In this document: one piece after another, positions 47,668 to 56,855 of the stretch | How positions within the stretch are numbered: the stretch's first letter is position 1 | How the letters are laid out: each line of letters opens with the position of its first letter | Source: an uncultured bacterium | GTDB lineage: Bacteria; SAR324; NAC60-12 | Reading direction: 5' to 3' | Assembly (NCBI GenBank): GCA_965662235.1 | Contig: CBFIGY010000013.1 | Coordinates: 11,867-75,866, forward strand | DNA: 64,000 nucleotides | Position numbers and translations under genes: made by a program | Notes under the pieces: generated by a model | Told to the model about the DNA's origin: nothing | What the model saw: the letters and a program-made list of their open reading frames with translations, nothing else | Database searches by the model: none

Positions 47668-49518
47668 TTAGATTTCATAGTGCATCCCCTGAGCTTGCAG
47701 GGTCACCACAAAGCAGGCCCCTGACGGCATTGGCTCGCAGCGGAGCTCTCCTCCTTGCTCCCGCATCAGCCCGTGGGCAATCGCAAGCCCCATCCCCCGG
47801 CCCTTCCCCAGGGGCTTGGTGGTAAAAAAGGGCTCAAAGACCCGTTCCTTCAGAGCCTCCGGGACACCTGGCCCTGAATCCTGCACCCGGACCTCTAGCA
47901 TTTCTGACCCTGAAGACGCTTTTCGCACCTGGACCCTGAGGTCAATCTGCCGCCGAGGCTGCTGCCGCATGGCATCAATGGCATTGCTCAGAAGGTTCAC
48001 AAACACCTGCTCCATTTTACTGGGCACTCCCAAGGCCCACGGCAGGTCAGCAGGGCACTCTTTTTTCAGCTGAACCTGATGCGTCAGCAGCCGCGACCGC
48101 AGGACGTTCTCGGAGCGCTGCAGCACCTCCTTCAGGGAAAACACGGAGTTGCCCTGACCTTCTTGAAAGCGCCCAAACGTCCGGATGTCTTCAATGATCT
48201 GGGAGATGTGCTTGCACGCCTGCTGCGCTCGCTCTAGGCTCCGGACCAGACGACTCTTGCGGATGTCCGCCCGCTCCAGTTCCAGAAGAACCTGATCCAG
48301 CGTCAAGTAAACCTGGGCCAGGGGGCTGTTGATTTCATGGGCCATGGCCGTGGTGATTTCTCCAAGGGAGATCAGCCGAGCCTGCTTCTGGACCACTTGA
48401 CTGAGCTCCTGACTCCGGGTGCTCCAGGTGTTCAGGACACGCAGCCCCCACCCAACCAGCAGCATCAGCGCCAACCACGCCCCGGCCGCACTCCAGGCCA
48501 GTTGAGTCCGCAGCGTGGTGTTCTGTTGCTGAAAGGCCTCTGCGGAAAGAAAGGTCACAAAGAACCAAGGGGCCTCGGTGCGACGCTCCAGCTGCAGGAC
48601 GCCTGCTTGCTGCCGTGCGGTCCGGATGGGCGCATAAGGCGTGGAGCAAAACAACCCCTCTTCATTGGCGCCACACTGCGGTGTCGCGGAACGGACCGTC
48701 TCCCAGGTGAGCGGATGCTCCGCCTGCAGGCGATCCCCCCAGTCCCCGGCCTCCAGGAACCCCCACTGCTTCTCCGAGCCAAACCCAACAAAGAGGCGTC
48801 CCTGTGTATCCAGCAGCAGCTCCTGTGTTTCCTGAGAGGCACTCACCCGAGTCAAGCTGTTGAGCAGGCCGCTGCCCAGGTAGTTCATCACCACCATTCC
48901 TGCACGAACGCCAGCAGGATCAAACACAGGCGCCACCACCCGGATCACGGGCTTGTAGGGTTCTTCCACCACCCCATTCTCCTGGTTCAGGTCCAACTCT
49001 GAAAAGAGCACCGTCCCTCTCGGAAGCAGCTGCCCCTCCTGAAAGTACTCCCGCTGTGACTTGTCCTGCAGTTCCTCCGTGGGCACCACTCGGGGAGCCC
49101 CAGCGGAAAAGTTGACGCGGCTCACTTCCTGCCCGGTGTTGCTGAGCAACCGGATCTGATCGTACCCCTGTGACGCTTCTCCAAAGTACAGAAACTCTTC
49201 GGCAATCCGGGCACTTGCTCCTTCTTGATTGAGCAGACGCTCCGTGTTCACCCGGACGTGCCTGACTTCATCGAGCAGGCGCAGCATCCGTTCCTCCCAA
49301 ACCTCCTTGGCGGCAATGTGAAACTGCTGACGGTTCTGCCAGTTCTCCCTCTGGAGCTGCAGGATCGACTGGTCTTCGAGAAACCACACCAGCCCGGAGC
49401 CTGCTGTGATCAGCAACAGCAGCAGCCAACCACGGACCTGAAGCCAAGACGTCACGGCCTGGATGAGTGGCGTCACGCCCCTGTTCCTCTCGGTAACGGT
49501 TTCCAAACAGCTCGGCAA
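47668..49518 (-). CDS. membrane sensor histidine kinase with a large periplasmic (Cache-like) domain
   Basis: TM, then a periplasmic region of about 290 aa with YKPVIRVVAPVFDPAGVRAGMVVMNYLGSGL, then TM, H-box TTAMAHEINSPLAQV and HATPase VQDSGPGVPEALKERVFEPFFTTK...GRGMGLAI. Confidence 0.85.
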   Translation of the reverse strand: MPSCLETVTERNRGVTPLIQAVTSWLQVRGWLLLLLITAGSGLVWFLEDQSILQLQRENWQNRQQFHIAAKEVWEERMLRLLDEVRHVRVNTERLLNQEGASARIAEEFLYFGEASQGYDQIRLLSNTGQEVSRVNFSAGAPRVVPTEELQDKSQREYFQEGQLLPRGTVLFSELDLNQENGVVEEPYKPVIRVVAPVFDPAGVRAGMVVMNYLGSGLLNSLTRVSASQETQELLLDTQGRLFVGFGSEKQWGFLEAGDWGDRLQAEHPLTWETVRSATPQCGANEEGLFCSTPYAPIRTARQQAGVLQLERRTEAPWFFVTFLSAEAFQQQNTTLRTQLAWSAAGAWLALMLLVGWGLRVLNTWSTRSQELSQVVQKQARLISLGEITTAMAHEINSPLAQVYLTLDQVLLELERADIRKSRLVRSLERAQQACKHISQIIEDIRTFGRFQEGQGNSVFSLKEVLQRSENVLRSRLLTHQVQLKKECPADLPWALGVPSKMEQVFVNLLSNAIDAMRQQPRRQIDLRVQVRKASSGSEMLEVRVQDSGPGVPEALKERVFEPFFTTKPLGKGRGMGLAIAHGLMREQGGELRCEPMPSGACFVVTLQAQGMHYEI

Positions 49519-49567
49519 CCTCCCTGGCCCTTTCGAGGGGGAAGCAGCTGTCCTTTTGAAGGGGGAA

Positions 49568-49963
49568 TCAAGCGCGCGCCTGCAAGGCGGCCTGGAGGGT
49601 TTCTGTCAGCACATTGAAGCCGACCGGTTTACGGAGCAGGGCAAAGGCTCCCAGACTGAGGCAGTGTTGCTCAACGCGAGCATCTAAGTGCCCGGAGTGG
49701 ATGACAACCCGAGAGGCCTTCACGGTCTCGGGCGTAAGGGATTCCAGCACTTCAATCCCGGTGAGGACCGGCATGTTGATGTCCAACAGAACCAGCTGAG
49801 GAGGCTGCTGCTGACGGAGGCACTGCAACGCTTCTCCCCCATCCTGGGCCTCAATCACCTGATAGTCCTCTTCTAGGAGCATCACCATGGCTTCCCTGAG
49901 GTCGTGATTGTCTTCGGCGATCAGAAGCGTCGCCTTGGAATTCAGTGAGTCAGGATCGGTCAT
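49568..49963 (-). CDS. single-domain response regulator
   Basis: ATLLIAEDNHDLRE...LVLLDINMPVLTG...VVIHSGH...LRKPV. Confidence 0.8.
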   Translation of the reverse strand: MTDPDSLNSKATLLIAEDNHDLREAMVMLLEEDYQVIEAQDGGEALQCLRQQQPPQLVLLDINMPVLTGIEVLESLTPETVKASRVVIHSGHLDARVEQHCLSLGAFALLRKPVGFNVLTETLQAALQARA

Positions 49964-50573
49964 GAAAATGCGGTCACTTCAGCCGTCAACAGAGCTTCAC
50001 CGGAGGGGCCCTGTTTCTGGGATTGCGGCACTCAATCCAGCATCCCTCTCCGGATCCGTGCTCTTGCCTGTTTGACGTTGAGCCGTTTTGTCCAAAAAAC
50101 AGTCTTACAAAACGAATGTAAAGCTTACTTGAAAAGCGGAGTCAATCAAGAAAATCTTTTCAAAAAAAAAAAAAACCAAGCATAATCAAAGTGCTAAATC
50201 TGTAAAACCCATGAAACAGCTGTTCTTCACCCGGGTTGCCCCCTTGGAAGAGCGGCCAGTTTTCTGAAAACCGGAACTTGTTAATTTTCCTCAAAAAGAT
50301 TCTTTTCAGGAAAATTGAAGAATTTACTTTCCTGAGAGGGAGGGGGGCCGCCCCACCTGACTGGGCATGAGCCGTCAGAAGGTTCCGAAAAAGGAACTCC
50401 TTCCGCACGACTTTCTCGGAGGCGCCGCCAAAGTGGGGATTGATCTGGGGATTCCGATGCCCCAATTCGATTGTTTGTCGAGGCGTCTCCTGCTAGGATG
50501 GGGACTTTCCTGCTCAGAGCCCGCGATGCAGGACCCAATTGAACCTCATCACTATCATGTTTCAGGAGTCTGG

Positions 50574-51203
50574 ATGAAGAAACTCGGTATTCTGTTTGTA
50601 ACCCTGGCGACCAGCCTCTTGCTGGCAAGCGCGGTGCAGGCCGCAGGAGACCCCGCCAAAGGGAAAGCCCTTTATGGCGTCTGTGCCTCTTGCCATGGAG
50701 CCAATGGCGAAGGCAATCAGGCCTTGAATGCCCCGATGATTGCAGGGCAGCAGGAGTGGTACACGGCCCGGCAGTTGAACAACTACAAGGCGGGCGTTCG
50801 GGGCACCCACCCGGAGGATACCTATGGCGCGCAGATGCGTCCCATGTCCATGACCCTGGCCAATGAGCAGGCGGTCAATGACGTTGCGGCCTACATTGCG
50901 TCCCTGCCAGCCGCAGCGCCTCAGGTGACCCTGGGAGGAAACGCTGGAGCCGGAAAAGCCATGTATGGCGTTTGTGCCTCTTGCCATGGCGCCAACGGAG
51001 AGGGCAACCAAGCCCTGAATGCGCCCCGGATTGCGGGTCAGCACGACTGGTACACGGCTCGCCAGCTGAATCATTTCAAGAAGGGCATCCGTGGCACCAA
51101 CCCGAAGGACACCTACGGCATGCAGATGCGCCCCATGTCCATGACGCTGCCCGATGATGCAGCCGTCAACAACATGGCCGCCTACCTCGCTTCCCTGAAG
51201 TAA
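50574..51203 (+). CDS. dihaem cytochrome c4-type protein (periplasmic), start at MKKLGILFV with AGGAG RBS
   Basis: Signal peptide plus two repeats, each with GVCASCHGANGEGNQALNAP (CxxCH) and a downstream Met ligand region (MRPMSM). Confidence 0.85.
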   Translation: MKKLGILFVTLATSLLLASAVQAAGDPAKGKALYGVCASCHGANGEGNQALNAPMIAGQQEWYTARQLNNYKAGVRGTHPEDTYGAQMRPMSMTLANEQAVNDVAAYIASLPAAAPQVTLGGNAGAGKAMYGVCASCHGANGEGNQALNAPRIAGQHDWYTARQLNHFKKGIRGTNPKDTYGMQMRPMSMTLPDDAAVNNMAAYLASLK

Positions 51204-51210
51204 GCTCCTG

Positions 51211-51235
51211 GGCTCCCTGCGGGGAGCCTTTCCCT
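51211..51235 (+). terminator. candidate intrinsic terminator after the cytochrome c4 gene
   Basis: GGCTCCC-tgcg-GGGAGCC hairpin followed by TTTCCC, located 8 nt after the stop codon. Confidence 0.35.
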
Positions 51236-51369
51236 TCCCCCAGCCCGCTTCCGGCGACAAAATCCTTGTCATTCTTGCCGGATTTCTTTAGGTTTTCCTG
51301 CATCCGCGACCCCCCTTTTGGGTCTTCCCTTGGAAGGTCTCGCCACCCTCCCATCCCAGACGTGGTCTC

Positions 51370-52449
51370 TTGTTGAACCTGCAATTTTCCCTTGAAAAGC
51401 GAGCCAACCCCACCCTCACTGGACGGGCGGTGGTCCTCAGCTTGGCGCTGTTGCTCTCTCTGGCAATGGGGGGACTCTTCTTGTGGGCTGTGTCCATTCC
51501 GCCCCTGGAGGCCTACGGACTGGTCTGGCAGGAGGTGTTTGTCTCTCCGTACGGGCAGCAGGACCTGATGGTCAAGCTGACGCCGTTGCTGCTGACCGGA
51601 GTCGCCGTGGCCGTGGCCGCACAGATGAAGCAGTGGAACATTGGGGCCGAGGGACAGTTTCACATGGGCACCTTTGCTGTCACCTGGGTAGCGCTCAACG
51701 TGTCCGGACTTCCTCAAGGCGTGATGCTGGTGCTGATGGGACTGGCCGCTTGCGTGGGAGGAGGACTCTGGGGCGCGCTTCCGGGATGGCTCAAGGCTCG
51801 CTTGGGGGTGAATGAGATCATCACCTCCTTGCTGCTGAACTACGTGGCTGCAGCGTGGATCGACTACCTGCTCTTTGGAGAGTGGAAGGACCCCGGAAGC
51901 AACAACTTCCCCATCACCCCCACCTTTGACGCCAGCGCCCGGCTTCCATTGCTCGGACAAACGAGCGTGCATGCGGGGCTGCTGATGGCCCTGGTGGTGA
52001 TGCTGCTGGTGGCTTGGGTGATGCAGAAGACCCGGCTCGGATTTCAGATTCGCTTGGCGGGTGACAACCTAGACGCGGCACGCTACTCCGGGATCTCCAC
52101 CCAGCGCCTGGTGCTGTTCGTCTTCACCGTCAGCGGCGCCATTGCCGGGCTTGCCGGATTTGGCGAGGTGGCCGGCATTCACTACCGGCTGCAGCAGGAC
52201 ATTTCCATCGGCTACGGCTACACCGGAATCATTGTCGCCTGGCTGGCCCGCAACCACCCCCTTGGGGTGCTTCCCAGCGCGCTGTTCCTGGCCAGCATCT
52301 TTGTCAGCGCCGAGGTTCTGCAAATCGACTACGGACTCCCCATCTCCATGGTTTACCTCTACCAGGGGGTGATCCTCTTCACCGTCCTGGGGTCTGAGAT
52401 CTTCACCGAGTACCGCCTGCGGATCAGGCGCCTCTCCTCCTCTGTCTAG
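51370..52449 (+). CDS. ABC transporter permease, BMP/simple-sugar/nucleoside (YufP-like) family
   Basis: Polytopic. NIGAEGQFHMG motif typical of this permease family. Confidence 0.75.
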   Translation: MLNLQFSLEKRANPTLTGRAVVLSLALLLSLAMGGLFLWAVSIPPLEAYGLVWQEVFVSPYGQQDLMVKLTPLLLTGVAVAVAAQMKQWNIGAEGQFHMGTFAVTWVALNVSGLPQGVMLVLMGLAACVGGGLWGALPGWLKARLGVNEIITSLLLNYVAAAWIDYLLFGEWKDPGSNNFPITPTFDASARLPLLGQTSVHAGLLMALVVMLLVAWVMQKTRLGFQIRLAGDNLDAARYSGISTQRLVLFVFTVSGAIAGLAGFGEVAGIHYRLQQDISIGYGYTGIIVAWLARNHPLGVLPSALFLASIFVSAEVLQIDYGLPISMVYLYQGVILFTVLGSEIFTEYRLRIRRLSSSV

Positions 52450-52457
52450 CGGATCGC

Positions 52458-53387
52458 ATGGAGTTCTTCACCCAACTGCTGATTGCCACCATTGAGATGG
52501 GCACCCCGTTGCTCTTTGCTGCCCTGGGAGGGGTGCTGAGCGAGCGGTCGGGGGTCATCAATCTGGGCATGGAGGGACTGATGCTGGTGGGCGCCCTGCT
52601 GGCCTTTGTCGTGAAGCTGCACACCGGATCCTTTGCGCTCGCCCTGGCCGCTGCGGCAGGAGTCGCCGGACTCGTGACCATGGTCCATGGCTTCGTTTGC
52701 TTGGTGCTCCGGGCCAACCAGATTGCCTCTGGACTGGCGTTGACGCTCTTTGGCACCGGACTGAGCAGCATCTTTGGGAACACGCTGGTGGGCAAGACCT
52801 TTGAGGCGCTCCCGCATTGGACGATCCCGGGACTGAGTGCACTTCCGGTGATTGGCCCAGCCTTCTTCGACCGTGATCCACTGGTCTATGCCTCCTACCT
52901 GCTGGTCGCCGCGCTTTCCTTCCTCTTCTACCGGACCCGTATGGGCCTGACCATCCGTTCCATGGGCGAGGCACCAGAGGTCTGTGACTCCCTGGGACTG
53001 TCTGTGATCGGCTGGCGGTTTGCGTGTGTGGTCGTGGGGGGCATGATGGCTGGCATCGGCGGGGCGTACTTTTCGCTGGTCCTCAACCCCTTTTGGGTGG
53101 ACAACATCACTGCCGGACGAGGCTGGATCGCCGTGGCCCTGGTCATCTTTGCCTTCTGGGATCCTGTCCGGGCTGTCTTTGGGGCCTACTTGTTTGGGCT
53201 GGCCATTGCGCTGGAGCTCCGGTTTCAGCTCCTTGGGGTCACGCTTTCACCGTACCTGTTGAAAATGCTCCCGTACGCCCTCACCATTTTTGTCCTCACG
53301 CTGGTGACGCTCCGCAACAATCGCCTCGGCATTCAGGTGATGCCGGCAGCGCTGGGGCGTGTCTTCTTCCGGGGTGAAAAGCACTGA
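52458..53387 (+). CDS. ABC transporter permease, BMP family (YufQ-like)
   Basis: INLGMEGLMLVGAL motif. Adjacent to the first permease. Confidence 0.75.
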   Translation: MEFFTQLLIATIEMGTPLLFAALGGVLSERSGVINLGMEGLMLVGALLAFVVKLHTGSFALALAAAAGVAGLVTMVHGFVCLVLRANQIASGLALTLFGTGLSSIFGNTLVGKTFEALPHWTIPGLSALPVIGPAFFDRDPLVYASYLLVAALSFLFYRTRMGLTIRSMGEAPEVCDSLGLSVIGWRFACVVVGGMMAGIGGAYFSLVLNPFWVDNITAGRGWIAVALVIFAFWDPVRAVFGAYLFGLAIALELRFQLLGVTLSPYLLKMLPYALTIFVLTLVTLRNNRLGIQVMPAALGRVFFRGEKH

Positions 53388-53391
53388 CCCG

Positions 53392-54258
53392 TCAGCGGGC
53401 CTGAGCGGTCTCGGGTCCTGATGCCGGAAGCAGTTGCTCCAGCTCCACCGCATACTCTTCCAGCTTGACCGCCGCGTGCTGCCGCTGCTCCGGTTTCAGG
53501 AGGGCGTCAATGGCCAGCACCCGCTGCTCATACCGTCCCCCCTTCCAGTTGTTTGGCACCGGATTCGTCCACCCAGCCTGCCACTCCCGGAGCCAGGCTT
53601 CCGCCTCTGCTACTGAGGGGCGTCCTTCCAAAAGACGAAGGAAGGAATCCTGCGTCTGCTTGCGACGTTCCATACGGATCAGGGTTTGGTCTTCAGGCGC
53701 CGAGGTCTGGTCGTACACGTCTCCAAAAGCCTCCCGTTGCGCGGTGCTCACGTCTCCAAACCAATCCTCTAGGGTGGTCAGGGTTTCTTCGCGACGCTCC
53801 TCGCGGCGGTCCTCTCGGGGCTCCTTCAGGCGGTCCTCCCACTCCTCGTTGTCCTCCGCAATCCGTTCCTTGAGGTAGTCGATCTGCTCCGGCTCCAACC
53901 GAGCCAGCAGCGCGGCAGCATCTGGACGCAGACGGTCAAAGAGCCGATCCCGACCCGCCTCCACGTCCGCCAGCCCCGTCCGCCACTCAGCAGAGGTCAG
54001 GCCGTCCTGACCGTCTTCCTGCACACGCCGCAGGAACGCAACGTACTGGGGAAGTTCCGTGCTCCGGTGCCACTCAAGGTGCTGAGCCAGTTGCTCGTTG
54101 AGCCAGTCTTCCTGCTCATCCGTGAGGTTGAAGTAATCGTCCACCTCCCAGCGGATGAGGCGGTCTAGGTTGTTGTAGCCCATGCCAATGAAGGTGCACC
54201 CGCTGAGGCTCAGGGCCCCGATTCCAAGCAGCAGGACTTTCCATTGCTTCTGCGCCAT
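53392..54258 (-). CDS. acidic lipoprotein of unknown function (start at MAQKQWKVLLLGIGALSLSGC)
   Basis: Lipobox LSGC after a hydrophobic h-region. The remainder is rich in E/R/D/W repeats (EEWEDRLKEPREDRREERREE). Confidence 0.5.
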   Translation of the reverse strand: MAQKQWKVLLLGIGALSLSGCTFIGMGYNNLDRLIRWEVDDYFNLTDEQEDWLNEQLAQHLEWHRSTELPQYVAFLRRVQEDGQDGLTSAEWRTGLADVEAGRDRLFDRLRPDAAALLARLEPEQIDYLKERIAEDNEEWEDRLKEPREDRREERREETLTTLEDWFGDVSTAQREAFGDVYDQTSAPEDQTLIRMERRKQTQDSFLRLLEGRPSVAEAEAWLREWQAGWTNPVPNNWKGGRYEQRVLAIDALLKPEQRQHAAVKLEEYAVELEQLLPASGPETAQAR

Positions 54259-54462
54259 AATTCCTTTTTTTGAGACTGTTTGGAAAAATTTCCTCCAGCC
54301 TACCGCATCACCGACACAGCACAAGTAACCATGCGTATCGGTCTTTTTCCAAAACCGATGCAACATTGCTTGAATGTTTTCCATCCTTCTCCTACTTTCT
54401 TGAGACCTATTGATCCCAAATTGTCTCACACCTGCCATCCATTTGTTACCGGGGACCCCTTC

Positions 54463-55704
54463 ATGCCGTTGACCGATTCACCGGAGTTCATCGCCCAGAC
54501 CAAGCACGCCTTCCGGAAGCAGGGCGACCTCGCCGCCGCCTTTGCCTCGCTGACCGAATTCCTTGAGGCGGAAGTGGCCGAAATCGTTGCGGAGCAGGCA
54601 GCAGGACAGTCGCCGATTCCGGAGCTTTCCTACACCGAGCTGGCTCAGGGAACCGTCTCAGACGCCCAGCGGGCGCAGGTTCAGAAGCGTGGCTGCGTCA
54701 TCATCCGGGGGGTGTTCGATGCGGCAGAAACCGAGGCCTGGAACGAGCAGCTGGTGGACTACATCGAGCAGAACCACTACTACGAGCGTGCGCAGGAGAA
54801 GGCCGGAATTGACCAGTACTTCAGCCAGCTCAAGGCAGACCGACCCCAGGTGTTTGGCCTCTACTGGTCCAAGCCGCAGATGTGGGCCCGGCAGGCGGAA
54901 AGCATGGCGCAGACGAAGCGTTGGCTCAACGGGCTCTGGCAGGTCGAAGGACCCCAGGGCCCCGTCTTCGATCCGAACCGTGAGTGCACCTACGCCGACC
55001 GCATCCGACGCCGGGAGCCCGGTGACAACACCCTCGGCCTCTCTCCCCACGTGGACAGCGGCTCCATTGAACGCTGGCTCGACCCTGGTTTTCAGCAGGT
55101 CTATGCCTCCCTCTTCTCAGGAGACTGGCAGGCGTACGATCCGTTCAACGCCGCCCACCGTCTGGACACAGAAGAAGTGCCCTCTCCCGCTGTCTGTCAC
55201 ATGTTCCGGACCTTTCAGGGCTGGACGGCCCTGACGCCTCAGGGTCCGGGAGACGGGACCCTGCAGCTGGTGCCCTCGCTGATGGCCATTCCGTGGATGC
55301 TGCTCCGGGCCCTGCAAACGGATGTTCCCGAAGGCGACCTCTGTGGCGCTCAGGCCGGACGGGCCCTGCGGGTTTCAGAAGAGTACCACGCTCTGGTCCT
55401 CAAGGGGCTGGTCCCCATCCCTCGCGTGTTTCCCGGCGACACCGTTTGGTGGCACCCGGACGTGGTCCATGCGGTGGAAGACGAGCACCAGGGTTCCGGA
55501 TACAGCAACGTCATGTACATTGGCGCCTCTCCCCATTGTCCCAAAAACGTCGCCTTTCAGGAGCGGCAGAAGCCTGCGTTCCTGGAGGGAAAATCCTGTC
55601 CGGACTTTGCGCCGGAGGACTATGAAGTCGCGTTCACTGGACGCGCCACGCTGGACGACCTGAGTGACCTCGGGCGGCAGCAAATGGGATTTGTTCCCTG
55701 GTAA
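54463..55704 (+). CDS. conserved hypothetical protein of about 413 aa (possibly DUF1479/YbiU-like; not confirmed)
   Basis: High GC3, no TM segment. Start at MPLTDSPEF (ATG 54463 verified). Confidence 0.45.
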   Translation: MPLTDSPEFIAQTKHAFRKQGDLAAAFASLTEFLEAEVAEIVAEQAAGQSPIPELSYTELAQGTVSDAQRAQVQKRGCVIIRGVFDAAETEAWNEQLVDYIEQNHYYERAQEKAGIDQYFSQLKADRPQVFGLYWSKPQMWARQAESMAQTKRWLNGLWQVEGPQGPVFDPNRECTYADRIRRREPGDNTLGLSPHVDSGSIERWLDPGFQQVYASLFSGDWQAYDPFNAAHRLDTEEVPSPAVCHMFRTFQGWTALTPQGPGDGTLQLVPSLMAIPWMLLRALQTDVPEGDLCGAQAGRALRVSEEYHALVLKGLVPIPRVFPGDTVWWHPDVVHAVEDEHQGSGYSNVMYIGASPHCPKNVAFQERQKPAFLEGKSCPDFAPEDYEVAFTGRATLDDLSDLGRQQMGFVPW

Positions 55705-55735
55705 ATTTTCCCCTCTTTCCTTTTTGGAGTGAAGC

Positions 55736-56182
55736 ATGAGCCGATTGGTCTACATCCTCAATGGTCCCAACCTCAACCTGTTGGGCAAGCGGCAACCGGA
55801 AATCTATGGGCACGAGACCCTTGCTGACGTGGAGGCTCAGTGTCAGGCGGAGGCCCAGCCACTGGGACTGGAGGTTCAGCTCCGGCAGACCAATGCGGAG
55901 TTTCAGCTCATCGACTGGATCCATGAGGCCCGGGAAACCGCTGGGGGCATCATCATCAATCCGGCCGCCCTCTCTCACACCTCGGTTGCGGTGCTCGACG
56001 CCCTCAACACCTTCGAGGGCCCTGTGCTGGAGGTCCACATCTCCAACATTCACAAGCGCGAGGCCTTCCGGCACCACTCCTTCGTTTCCTCCCGCGCAGA
56101 GGGCGTCATTGCCGGCTTTGGCATCGAAGGTTACGTCCTCGCGGTCCGCCGCATGGGCACCCTGCTCCAAGGAGCTTCCTGA
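55736..56182 (+). CDS. aroQ: type II 3-dehydroquinate dehydratase
   Basis: [18 protein letters not shown]...[19 protein letters not shown]...[18 protein letters not shown]. Confidence 0.9.
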   Translation: MSRLVYILNGPNLNLLGKRQPEIYGHETLADVEAQCQAEAQPLGLEVQLRQTNAEFQLIDWIHEARETAGGIIINPAALSHTSVAVLDALNTFEGPVLEVHISNIHKREAFRHHSFVSSRAEGVIAGFGIEGYVLAVRRMGTLLQGAS

Positions 56183-56189
56183 GGCGCCC

Positions 56190-56855
56190 TTGAACTCTCC
56201 CACTCCTCCCCGCCGGAAACGGGATCCCGAACGGGTACGCGCCAACATTCTGGAAGTCGCCTCACGCGAAATTGCCGCTCACGGACTGAACGGGGTCCGG
56301 ATTGACGAAATTGCGGCCAAGACGCAGACCTCGAAGCGGATGATTTATTACTACTTTGGGGACAAGGAAGGGCTGTATCAGCAGGTGCTGGAGGAGGCTT
56401 ACCGGACGGTCCGGGAGCAGGAGCAGGCGCTCCAGCTGCCCCACCTCCCGGCCGTGGAGGCCCTGAAACGGTTGGTGATGTTTACCTTTGACCACCACCG
56501 GAACTTCCCAGAATTCATCCGCTTGGTGATGGTGGAGAACATTCATGAGGGACGGCACCTCAGCCGCTCTTCGGTCATCCACCGCCTCAATCAGAACGCC
56601 ATTCGGCACCTCAGTGCCGTTTACCAGCGGGGCCTCTGTGAGCAGGTCTTTCGGGAGGGCCTCACACCGCTGGAGCTGCACTGGGAGATCAGTGCCCTGT
56701 GCTTCTTTTACGTTTCCAACCAGACCACCTTCTCCACCATCTTTGGCAACCGTTTCTGGACTCCGGACGGGATGCTCCGGCACCGGCGGCAGGTTCTGGA
56801 AATGGTCCTGCGCTTTACCCTGCGTCCGGAGTGCCTGGACCAGCACCTCGCTTAA
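56190..56855 (+). CDS. TetR-family transcriptional regulator (probable TTG start; the longer ORF 55761-56855 is a frame artefact over aroQ)
   Basis: RVRANILEVASREIAAHGLNGVRIDEIAAKTQTSKRMIYYYFGDKEGLY (TetR HTH). AGGAG lies 14 nt upstream of the TTG. Confidence 0.7.
   Translation: MNSPTPPRRKRDPERVRANILEVASREIAAHGLNGVRIDEIAAKTQTSKRMIYYYFGDKEGLYQQVLEEAYRTVREQEQALQLPHLPAVEALKRLVMFTFDHHRNFPEFIRLVMVENIHEGRHLSRSSVIHRLNQNAIRHLSAVYQRGLCEQVFREGLTPLELHWEISALCFFYVSNQTTFSTIFGNRFWTPDGMLRHRRQVLEMVLRFTLRPECLDQHLA

Noticed and set aside
50160-50175. A14 homopolymer as a terminator T-tract or IS target duplication
   Set aside because: No preceding hairpin on either strand and no flanking inverted repeats. More likely a promoter UP-element-like A-tract.
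55761-56855. 364-aa ORF spanning aroQ and the TetR regulator
   Set aside because: The N-terminal 143 codons are an out-of-frame read-through of aroQ. The real gene is the TetR regulator starting at the TTG at 56190.
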